Source of the DNA: the human T2T-CHM13v2.0 reference genome, Homo sapiens
Assembly (NCBI RefSeq): GCF_009914755.1
Contig: NC_060926.1
DNA: 64,000 nt
Direction: 5' to 3' (one strand)
The translations under genes were made by a program, and so were the position numbers. The notes beneath the pieces were generated by a model. It saw nothing but the letters and a program-made list of their open reading frames with translations, had not been told where the DNA came from and did not search any database. Within the stretch, counting starts at the first letter, position 1. The number at the start of each line of letters is the position of its first letter. Shown piece after piece: positions 27,761 to 43,801 of the stretch.

Positions 27761-28431
27761 TTACTTAAGGTTAGCACTTTGAGGAAGTTCTGGACTGTAT
27801 TTTTGACCTAAAATTTACAAGATGTCAAAACTAATTAATATTTTAAAACTGTTAATTAACAAAGTCTGGTTTCAGAAACAGATGTGAATATGGCTATCTT
27901 CTGTTTTAACACAATGTATATCAAGTGGAAACCTTTCGTGTATTAAACAGAATGCCATAGTATTTATTACTTTAAGGCAGTTTAAAGAGAAGCGTGAATC
28001 ATCAAGCCTAAAACAGACAAAACACATTTTGATCAACCCTTCTGTTCAAACTTAAAAAAGGACCAGAATTATAACATTTTCCATTGTAAATAAAAACTGA
28101 GTGCTGTCCCATTAGAAGCCCAATGCCATGGAGTAGGGTTTTAAGCTGTCCACACAACTTGGTGTCAGAGGTGCCTGGCCTGTATTATATTGATTACTTG
28201 CCCAAAATAATTCCTTAATGTTATGTTTAATCTCTGAATAACATTCAGAATTTATGCTACTTAGACCTGTATACATATACTAAAAAGAAAAAAACAAAAT
28301 CAGACAACCAAAAAAGCCACCTTGCATACTAGTCCCATTACAAAACTTCATTCATAATTCTTAGGACTATTTGCAAGAATTAATTATATGCTTAAGACTA
28401 AATTTTGAAACAAATTAACAATATAAAATAA

Positions 28432-31782
<3,351 letters not shown>

Positions 31783-34176
31783 TTATCCTGGCTTTGATGC
31801 TTTATTTTAATCATGACCTTTTCCTCAGGTAGGAAATACAATACCACATTCAAGACTATCCCATACATCAATCAGGAAAACACACTGCTACACACTCAAT
31901 AACTTATATGGTTGTTCTCTACCCAGAAACCCACCAGAACCACTGTGGTTGCCTGAAAAGATCAGACGCCTGCTTCCATTGTGAGTCTGTGGTTACAAGA
32001 GTTAATGTGTATACTTTAAAATACAATCATACACATTTCTATTTGATTTCATTAAAGGACTGATGGGCATAATGTGTCATATGAGAAATGACAGAAGGCC
32101 GAAAGAATAATGATGTGGCTTATCTAGGGCCAAAGCACATTTTAGCAGTGTTTTGGTCTTCTCCCTGAGAATATCTAGCTAGATAACCTTATCTAACTAG
32201 AGGAAAAGTTGTATCAAAGATCCTCACACAGTAAAAGTTACTTGGTCAAGTTACCATTTTGTCAGATGCTTTGAAGTGATAAGCATTCTACACAGAATCA
32301 AATACTTCCCACACTATCACCACTCACATCAATCGCTACATAAATAATATTCTTTCCTGTTAGTTGTAATTTTACTCTCTGATGCTACTTCTAGTATTTG
32401 CATTCTGATTTATTCTAATCCCACCATTCTTACATAATGTTCTTTATAAACTTAAAACCCCAGCAGGGGTTTAAAAAAAAAAGACACAAAAGCAAACTAA
32501 AGAGAGAAAACCTAGCATCTCCCTTGTACTACTAACTGAATGGTGAAAGCATTTTAGTTGCTAAGCAATAGAGTTCAAGATCTTTAACAGAACACAATAT
32601 TGGAGAAAACATCCAACTCTTCCCGCATCTTTTTTCTAGCTGTCTACTTGGCTAAAAATAGAAAAATGCTTATAACAGAGGGTAGAGGGTAGTCCTAATG
32701 TTACACTGCTAAATATCCTACTATACTAACCATGTATGCAGAAGTTCTGTCTACAGATTAAAAGTCACCCTTGTAAATAATTTCTTCCCCTCCCCCAAGT
32801 TACACATTCCTTTAAAAAAAAAAAAACCTACCTACAGCTTTTTTTCCCAGTTGACTTTAAAAGCTTAATTAGCATAATAAATTTTTCTTGTCATTAGTGC
32901 ATATTTTATGAGTAGCAAAAAAAAAATTTTTTTAATTTTAAGCAATGAGTATCACATATGCTAAATCATTTTCATTATACTGCTAAATGTACCCTTTAAG
33001 CTGAGTGCCTTCTACCTATCAAGCACTGTAATAGGTGCTTTTAAACCTCATAACTAACCCTCCAATCTCTTGTAGGACAGGTCATATTTGTACATGGGAC
33101 TTAAGCAATGACTAGAGAGAGCTTCCAAGAATCAAATTAAGACGTCTAACACTAAAAATCATGTTTTCCACTATAGCAGCTCGCTGCTACTACTACTCCT
33201 TTTCCTTTGAAATAAGACCCCCAAGGAGGTGGTAAACGAAAAGTAGACTGAACTAACGACATAGGACTTTTAGAGACCAAAAGGACTCCTTAACCAGCTT
33301 TAAGCTCTAAATCTTGTTTCTTCATTTATAATACAAAATAAGTTTGCTAGTTATTTCTACGCAACTGATTTTGTCACATGATCTATTAACTACTGCAGAC
33401 AAAATCCTTTTACTTTGGGAAAGTTAACCTATTGTCCTTACAAACAAAAAAATTTAGAAACACTTTTCTTAATCTACTTTTTATTAACAAGTCAATTTTA
33501 AAACAAACCATTAAATTTCTTAATACTATGAAACATTATTAAAAGCAGTATTGCTGTAATATATTCTCAATTACAAAAATTGCCACTAATTCTGTTACAA
33601 GCCATGAAGAACACTGCTCTATGTTGGTTTATTTATCATACCTTTAGATGTAGTGAACTAGTTTAGTGTGAAGATTAAACAGTATTAGTAGCTGAATCTA
33701 TGCGGAAAAAATTAAATGCCCTTTTTCCCAATGGCTACAGACCTGTGCTTCCAATATTACATTCAGAGTTGAACCCAACCTTACTTTCATAGCTTCCTCC
33801 AAAAGCAGCTGCTTTCTATGCATCCATGCTAGAAGAAATGAAGCTTAAAGCTTCATGTTGAATGTATAGCATGAGTAACAACTAAATGACAGGGATAATA
33901 AATACGGATGGTTAATTTTTTCAAGAATGCTTTAGGAGATAATATACTGATCAAAACGCCCTAAAAGTATAAACCTGGGCTAACAAGCTTACAGAATCAC
34001 TGCAAGAGTAATTTTTTCTACTTTTAGCGTTTCCATGGACCTTTTTCAAGTTTCTACTATAGTAAAAGCAGTACTGTTGCATTTCATAAGGGAATGGAAA
34101 CATTTATACATGATGCTTTTTGGACTACTATAAAAGATAGTACTGTATCCACCTTATATATTTTCAGAAAGTGTAA

Positions 34177-34511
<335 letters not shown>

Positions 34512-34640
34512 GGCACTCAGTTTCTTAATTATGCAAATATAAATATCTTGACAATATAAGTAACCTCCCATCTACTAGCTGAACATTTATCTAACCAGAA
34601 ATCTACTGTTCTGGCAACAAAACTACCATAAAAGATTTCT

Positions 34641-35353
<713 letters not shown>

Positions 35354-35856
35354 TTAGTTGGGTTCAAAAAAACCAAAAATCTTAAACTGATCAAAATTTG
35401 GTTTATGTTTAAGATAATTCCCTACATTAACAGTACCACTTTGAAAAGTGCACAAAATTCAACTAACATAAAAATACTTGGTATTCCTGTTTTTATTTAA
35501 ACAAACATATCTGTGAAGTACTTCTGTAAATGTTTTAAAAGTAGAAGAATCGTATTAGTGCCAAACATATTAAGTATATATAAAAGTACAGAGAACCTTT
35601 AATACCTACAAAGTATTTAATAACATTTGGCTCTTAAGGACAAAACAAGTATAATATTCCAAAACAACCCACTCTAACCATGTCAAACATGCAATTTCTT
35701 TCTCCAAACCAATTTTCATTATGGTTAATACAGAATTCCAAATTAATGCAAACTATGGAATATCTTTTTTAAAGGTGATAATTTAAAATTTTATTCTAAA
35801 CCCAACAACTCTGTTACACTGTCATAATGTTATAAAGTTTTGGTTGGCTACTTTAC

Positions 35857-35982
35857 CTGGGCTCCTTCTCCATGGTATAAGCAATTCACCACATTATCTA
35901 ATAAGTTGATATCCAGTTTTTGGCTGAAATCAAGCAGCTGACGAGCTGCATGGTCTGCTAACATTGTCATAATTGCTGGCAT
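35857..35982 (-). CDS. XPO1: XPO1 first coding exon (exon 2 spans 35857-35988), MPAIMTMLADHAARQLLDFSQKLDINLLDNVVNCLYHGEGAQ
   Basis: ATG at 35982-35980 preceded by 6 nt of UTR (TAATCT, in-frame TAA); acceptor ttttcag at 35990-35989; donor CAG|GTAAAG at 35856. Confidence 0.98.
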
Positions 35983-36485
35983 AGATTACTGAAAATAAAG
36001 AAAAAAAATTGAAGCTGCCTATCAAGTTTTGGTATTATCAAAAACTTCCTACAAGTTATTTTACTTCAACCATGTTATTACAAATATTTTAATGAATACT
36101 TTAGAGACTTTAATTACAAAAAACTGAGATAGTAAAAGCAAGTAACAAAAGCTGAAATTACTTAGCTATTTGATAATTACATAAATTATTATGGTCCATT
36201 CAACTTTTCTAGTGTTTAGTTTATACACCAGGAAGACTTTCCTATTCTACTAACATTTATAAAGTATGCTAACCTATTATTTAAACGCATCCACTATTAG
36301 GATTTTATGGTCCTAAAACGTGATACAGTTCAGTATCTTGATGTCAAAACTTTTTAAGCAAGTAGGATTAAGTTCAAGTGAATGTGATTTTCTTTTCTTC
36401 CCAAGTAGGGTCTTCTGAATAACTCAGTAAAAGCTCACTTCACATTATCTTAACTTTATAAAAATAATGCTATAAAGACAGAATG

Positions 36486-36785
36486 GGCCGAGCGTGGTGG
36501 CTCACACCTGTAATCCCAGCACTTTGGGAGGCCGAGGTGGGCGAATCACTTGAGGTCAGGAGTTCCAGACCAGCCTGGCCAACATGACAAAACCCCGTCT
36601 CTACTAAAAATACAAAAATCAGCCAGGCATGGAGGCGGGCACCTGTAATCCCAGCTACTTGGGAAGCTGAGGCAGGAGAACTGCTTGAACCCAGGAGACG
36701 GAGTTTGCAGTAAGCCGAGATGCGCCACCACACTCTAGCCTGGGCAAGAGAATGAGACTCCATCTCAAAAACAAACAAACAAAGA
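36486..36785 (+). mobile_element. AluS, the only Alu in intron 1
   Basis: Full length; TSD aaagacagaatg. Confidence 0.92.
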
Positions 36786-37314
36786 CAGAATGATGTTAAA
36801 AATTAAAATGTGGATATACAGTAATTCCTATTGTCTACAGCAATGGTTAGCAGGAACCACAAGTCTAACATATCTTGGTATAAATGCCCTTAGCCTCTAC
36901 AGAAATAACTTAGCTTCTACACTCAAACCATTCAAATTGTTTCAACCCTCAATGAATTGGGGGATTGAAATTACAGCTACAAACATATTTACTGAATATA
37001 TGATCTAGGAAAAAAAACTTTATGGGCAATATGCCTAACAAGATTTTTTAAATTCCAGGTATTCATTGGCAAGGTAAAAGCTGTAAAAGCTTGCCCATTC
37101 CCAAATAAAAAGGAATTCTAACAGAAAAATGAGCTACTTCGCCTAAATATGCACTGGTTAAAACCTACTAGTTCATATGCAGTGCTATCCTTTTAAGAGG
37201 ATTCTACTCTAAGATGCTGGCACACATCCACTTTTTTGTTGCCCAGAATTATAAAATATATCTTTCCTCTGCTTTTCTTCAAAGCCAATGCCACTCAAAC
37301 CTAATTGGTTAAGT

Positions 37315-37478
37315 CAGTAGTCCTTAACCTTTTTTGGGGTCTAAGATGCCTGAGACTCTGAGGAACCAATAGCTCTAACCCAGTTTTTAAAAACTCACGA
37401 TTTTGTATACAATTATAGAGGATTCAGGACATCCTGAAAGCCATCCATGGCACTCCCAGTTTAGTGTATTTAGAACTA
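37315..37478 (+). mobile_element. hAT-Charlie (Charlie4z-like) DNA transposon relic
   Basis: cagtagtccttaaccttttttggggtc...ttttgtatacaatt...gccatccatgg resembles the recalled consensus. Confidence 0.6.
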
Positions 37479-39647
37479 ACAAGGTCAGATCTCCACTTCT
37501 TCCCATTTTAGGAACTTTCGTGGACCAGAAAATGAGTAGCTAATTTCTTTACATTATATTTAGACAAACTAGCTTGGCAGGGCGGAAAAAAAGTCATTAA
37601 TTCCTGGCTATTTTATAACAGCTTAAAAATGTCCATAACAATAATGGCAGCAAATTCTATTTTAATGCAATTGTCTTATTTAAATATAACGTCTGTTACA
37701 ACAGATTAGAACTCCAAAAGATGAGTCACCTATGATTGATATGATGTAAAAATAATGTAAAACTCAAGAAATTAGGAGTTCAAGAATTGGTCCATTATTG
37801 ACAAAACTGATGAGACTTCAAAACGTTTCGTAGTAGGCATTAAACAAACGTTTTTAAACAGCAGAATACTTGTTACACACCACAAAAAAACCTTAAGATC
37901 TAAATACTGAGAGGAAATATATATTCCACAAATGAATGTGTAAACTCTCCTCCACCTTCAAGTACCATAAAATTTAAAAGATCAGAACAATCTTAATTAT
38001 TTGAGGCTTAAAAGCAATGTCCACAAAGCACCAAGATCCATGTATCAAAAGTTTTCAAATATTTCGGTTAAATATTGAACAAACTTTTCACCTATTTACT
38101 ACCATAGTTGAATGCCAAAACAAAAAAGGATTAAGAAAATGACTCTTACAAGTTTCACTTTCAAATACACTGTTCTTATAAAATTCTCCGAACTAGACTG
38201 ATGTGAAAAACGAGATTTAGAATAGAAGGATTTAAATACAGTAGTTTGCCATCCTTAGAACTAGCGGCTATCTTCGAAATCACCTACCTATTCCTGAACT
38301 GTACATAGTACAGAAATGGCGGCTTTGTGGTCAATGCCAAGCACATTTAGTCCCCCAAATCAAACCGCTTCCAAAACATTCTTTCCACTAACAGCAGTGT
38401 CCCACACTTAAGATATACAATCAGACAGCAAACAAGCCATAGTGCGAGAGGTGTAACCACGAACGCTCATTCCCATTGGGCTCTTCAATCCTAAAATCCA
38501 CTCACTGGATAACATACACTAGGGATTATCCAGCTTAATGGATAATGTGACTCTACAAGTGACACCCAATGCCAATTCCTAAACAAAACCCAGAAAATCA
38601 TAACCGTTGCTTAATAACTTCACACTAGGTGAAAAACAAGTCGCTACAAGGCGAAAGACTGCTCCTTAGGTTGTGTGGGCAATCGCCCGCTTCATTCAGG
38701 AAAAACACACCTCATTAGGGCCCGCCCTCCCCTCGCTTCCCACCCGAACCGATTTGCAGCCCTTCTAACTATAGCACACAGGAGCACGCACTCACCCCGC
38801 CCTTACTCGGAGGAGGCATTTAGACCAGGCGCCTTAAGTTCACCGCCCCTTTCTCTATGCAGCATGGCCTCGGCGTGATCAGAGGAGGTCCGGGCTGAGC
38901 CAGTACTGAATGCTTCCTCTACTACACCACTTCCTCCCACCCAACCCAAACTCACAGACATCGGAATGAAGGAGAATCAGGGCATCCTCCACTGTACAAG
39001 GCCAACAGTAAATGGTTTAACCAACTTATCACATTCAAACCCCTGAAAAGGAACTACAAGACGGAATCCCATGTGCAGGCCCCTGAAAAATTGATCTTTC
39101 CTACTTCACATGCCACTCTGCAAAACCGGAGAGCTTTCGAGTTTCCTTGCTGGAGGAACAGGGAGTCGGCAGCCCCTCCCTCCCCCATCCCAAGCTCTCC
39201 ACCGAGGGGGCCACGTGATGCAGGCGGACGTTTCAATGCTGCTGCACTAAATATTTCTGGAAACTTCCACTCCTAATAATTTACAGAGATGTTCCTGAAA
39301 TCACCCCAACTTCTCCCCAGCCCCAGGGGCTGGGGAACCCCTCCCACCCCGCGCGGGGCCCCGCTTCACTATCACACTCCTCGCCTTCCTCCACCGCCAC
39401 CCGCACACGCGAATGACCCAGCAAGCGCTCCCCTCCCGAGGCCGCCTCCCCGCCTCCATCCCCCAGCGGCAAAAGCGGCTCCATTCAATCGCAGGCTCCG
39501 CTGTGGGCCCGCCGCGCCCCCGGCCCGCCCGCCGCCTCCCGGGCTCGCTTCCCGCGGCCGCCGCCGCCGCGCCCCACGCCGGCCTCCTCCCGCCCGCCCG
39601 GCCGCGCCGCCGCCCGACCCTCGGCCCCGAAGACACAGTCGACTTAC

Positions 39648-39837
39648 CCAGAGATTGAACCAACTGCTCCTTCCTTCCTCGTTGGGGGATTAGGGCGAGG
39701 GAAGGTGGGGAGGGGGGAGAGGGGACGAATCAAGGTGGGTTTCAGTTTTCCCACCTCAAAAAAGGAAATTAAAAAAACGGACAGGAAAAGGGCAAAAAGA
39801 GCTCAATAATATTTACTATTTCAGGGACGCTTCCCCC

Positions 39838-39874
<37 letters not shown>

Positions 39875-40380
39875 GCCCCCCCCCAAAAGGGGAATTAATC
39901 TGGGGAATAAATGCTCCCGCCCGGCTGGGGAGTGAGGGAAGGGGGAGGGAACGGGGTCAAGTCCCAAAGATTCAGCCCCAGGGGGACCCTCCAGCCACAG
40001 GCAGCAGCAGAAGCGGCAGGAGTAGGAGGTGTAGAGTCCACACGGCCGGGGAGACGCTCTGCTGCCAGTTGCAGTCCGACTCCCCCCTACCAAAACACGG
40101 CTCCCTCTCTCACGCGGCTCCGGCGCTGCCCCCCCCCCCCAAGGCTCGCCTAAACTTTCCCCCCTTCTCTTGTTCCTCAGCGACTGGTGGTTCCCCCCTC
40201 CCCCTCTGGGTGGTTGCACGGACTGCAGCAGCAAAGACTGGAACAGGCACCGCCGCCGGGGCTGTAGCTACTGTTGCTCTTGCTGATGCTGTAGCTCCCG
40301 CTGCTCCTGCCGCGGCCGCTGCAGCCGCTTCTCCCCCTCCTCCTAGTGCCTCAAACTCGGAACCGGTTGAAACCGGTTCA
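39648..40380 (-). other. XPO1: XPO1 non-coding exon 1 (long 5' UTR); TSS approximate
   Basis: Consensus donor TGG|GTAAGT at 39647 inside the CpG island; the spliced junction CTCTGG|TAATCTATG agrees with the XPO1 mRNA as I recall it; 5' end inferred from the GC/CCAAT boxes just upstream. Confidence 0.8.
39839..39872 (+). repeat. (AC)17 microsatellite, (GU)17 in the XPO1 transcript
   Basis: Direct count. Confidence 0.97.
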
Positions 40381-40448
40381 GACTGGGAGATTCCATCTCG
40401 GTTGAGTTTTCAGCCCATGGCGCCGCGGAGCGTTTGGAACCTGGGCCT

Positions 40449-40517
40449 CCGCCCCCAGCCCGCCCTCCTATTGGTCAGTTCCAGCTACAGCCGCGCCATG
40501 AGCCTATCTCTCATTGG
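40449..40517 (-). promoter_or_regulatory. Proximal promoter: two GC boxes (Sp1/KLF) and two CCAAT boxes (NF-Y)
   Basis: CCGCCC at 40449-40454 and 40460-40465; ATTGG at 40470-40474 and 40513-40517; consistent with reported NF-Y/Sp1 control of CRM1. Confidence 0.75.
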
Positions 40518-40841
40518 CCCGAGCGCCAGTCAATCCCGCCTCACGGCTCCACACGAGCCCGCCGCTTCGGCCCCTACCTCTTTTCAGCAGCGATTTGCCC
40601 GCAGAGTGGGGGAGGGGAAGTGGGGAGGGTCGAAAGGCAAGAGGAGAGGGGTGGAGGAGGAGGAGGTGGGACGAAGAGCAGGGATGAGTAGAAAAGAGAG
40701 CGAAGGAAAGCCGCGTGGAGGATTCGTTCGAACGAGCTGTCAATCAAGAGCAGCCCGCCCTCGAGCTCTCGACTTCCCTTCCCCCTGCGGCCCTCTCCCT
40801 CCCGGTGCCTAGTTCGCAGGCCCGGCCTTTCTCGCCCGCTC

Positions 40842-40846
40842 ATTGG
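40842..40846 (-). promoter_or_regulatory. Distal CCAAT box
   Basis: ctcATTGGctg, a good NF-Y context (AGCCAATGAG on minus). Confidence 0.55.
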
Positions 40847-41920
40847 CTGGGCCTCTTCGGTGACGGAGAGGGTGGGGCGCAGCTCGTGAGCTGGTGGCGG
40901 CGCGAGTTTGATCGGGGCGCGCGGCAGCGTTCTCTTTGCTTCCCCCGGACTCGGCCGGCCCGCCCCCACCGGCTCCCGCCAACCTGCGGGGGCCTGAGCC
41001 CGCGGGAATCAGGATCCGCCCTTCGGATGGGGGCTGCGTTCGGAAAAGGGAGGGCACACCCAGTTTTGAACTCTGGAAGGGGTGGAGAAAAGAGGGAAAA
41101 AGAACGCTTCCGAGGCCAATTTTAGGCCCCAGACCTCTCTAATCCATTTTAGAGGCCTGGTTTTGGGGCCAGGTAGCTGAGAGAGGGGTTGGGGTGAGGC
41201 GCAGGGCGTGCATTCTTGGCGCCTCGTGATCTTCTCAGGGTGTCGGAAAAGATATCGAAATACTTCTTGGGAAAGTCTCCTTAAAATTTCAACTCTGTCT
41301 CTCCAGGCTGGAATTTGGCTGCTTCAACAAGCAACCTTTCCTGAAAACCAAAACATTGTAATCCCAAGTGATTGGTTTGACAGCGCATGTTTTGGCTGGC
41401 TGAGCTTGCATGCCAACTGCGTCCCACCTGGTGCCCTTGATCTGCAACACTCAGATTTTCCTTTTACCCTAGCTGCACTTCACGTACTAAATCATCATCA
41501 AATAGTATTTTCTGTGAAAGTCACATGCACGTTGCCTTTCACGTGGTTGCCTCTCGTTTGTTCCCAAGCGTCCTCCAAATCAGCTTTACAGATTGTTCTT
41601 TGCTTAAGAGCAAATAGCCCACCAAAATTTACTAGGCCCTTTGTGCCACCAAGAGGTAGATAAATGATTTATTGAATTAATAACAATTTTCTTTAGCAAA
41701 TGTTCATCCACGATGGACTATGGCTAACCTCAAAGCACCACTTATTCTAACTCCCCCTCCAATAAAGAAAAACGCAACAACTCAATGTTTAGATGTACCA
41801 GAATTATTTTGGATGATTTTCAGACCTAAGTTTTTATTCATTACATAAATGAATAATATCAAGCCATTTTATATACATATATAATACATATATAATGTAC
41901 TATGTATGATATATGATGTG

Positions 41921-42623
<703 letters not shown>

Positions 42624-43062
42624 TCACTTGAGCCCAGAAGTTCAAGACCAGCCTGGGCAACATGGCAAAACCTGGTCTCTACCAAAAATACAATAATTAG
42701 CTGGGCATGGTGGCATGCGCCTGTAGTCCCAACTACTCGGGAGGCTGAGGTGAAAGGATCACTTGAGCCTGAGAGGTTGAGGCTGCATGAGCTGTGATGA
42801 TGCCATCATGCAGACTGTACACTCCAGCCTGGGTGACAGAGTGAGACACTGTCTCAAAAAAAATTACCAATCTAACTCTGACAAAAGTGTGATTGTGTAT
42901 GATGCTAAAACAGGGTGAGAGAGAAAGGATCTTTTTTTTTTTTTTTTTTTGGAAAAAGTATCTCACTGTGTCTCTCCCAGGCTGAAAGGATCCTCCCTGA
43001 CTCAGCCATCTGAGCAGCTGGAACTGTAGATGCATGCCACCATGCCTAGCTAGTTTTTTGTA

Positions 43063-43160
43063 AATAAATATATATATATATAATATATATTATACATTAT
43101 AAATATATACATATATGTAATACATATATATGTAAATATATACATATAAATGTAAATATA

Positions 43161-43205
<45 letters not shown>
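43063..43205. repeat. Imperfect (TA)n / AT-rich expansion in an Alu linker
   Basis: tatatatata...tgtgtgtgtg tatatatata...(T)n. Confidence 0.9.
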
Positions 43206-43801
43206 GTAGAAAGGGGTTTTGCCATGTTACCCAGGCTGATCTCAAACTCCTGTAGGCGAGTGATCCTCCTGCCTCAGCCTCCCAAAGTGCTGGGATTATA
43301 GGCCTGAGCCACCTTGCCCAGTCAGGATACTCATTTCAAGAAAAAATTGACCTGGGAAGATAAAGTCTGGGTTGCACCCCTATTTCCATCAAGCTCAATT
43401 TAGTGTGGAGAATATTTATGGAAAATTATGAGTATTCTGTCTGTGATGTTAAGACCCCAGTGAATAATCTACGTAGAGTCTGTGAAGCCTCAAATCAATC
43501 AGGAGCAGAATCAGCAGTTGCCTGCAGGTGAGTTGCTACCTTTTGAGAACATAGTGAAAAAGTAGGTGACAAGGCTGCTAAATCTAGGAGTTACAGTTTG
43601 ATAGTCTGAGAAATCTGTACAGTTCTTCTATGAGGTGACATTGAACAATGGGTCCCAAGAATCTCTTACTCATGGAGAAATGAGAGAAGTATATCACTTA
43701 ACTTGGACCATTCTCAGACAGGACAGAGGAAGCTATAGCTGTTTTGGTTGAAGTACTTCTAGGCCAAAAATAAAAATAATGAGATAGGGTTATAGGTCTG
43801 C

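Larger units (their letters stand above)
39330..41060. promoter_or_regulatory. CpG island / XPO1 promoter
   Basis: Very high GC and CpG density and no Alus, against an AT-rich, CpG-depleted background. Confidence 0.95.

Noticed and set aside
27963-27968. Sense-strand AATAAA in intron 3 as an intronic poly(A) site
   Set aside because: The hexamer is common in AT-rich introns and the downstream GU/U element is unconvincing; 3'-end sequencing would be needed
39281-41142. Long Pro/Ala/Arg/Gly-rich ORFs (e.g. 40069..40812, 247 aa; 39289..39693)
   Set aside because: Stop-codon scarcity in a CpG island explains them; many use non-ATG starts and show low complexity with no recognisable domain
39198-41660. 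CTCF-like strings at ~39199, ~41421 and ~41644
   Set aside because: Each has mismatches or an extra base at high-information positions of CCASYAGRKGGC
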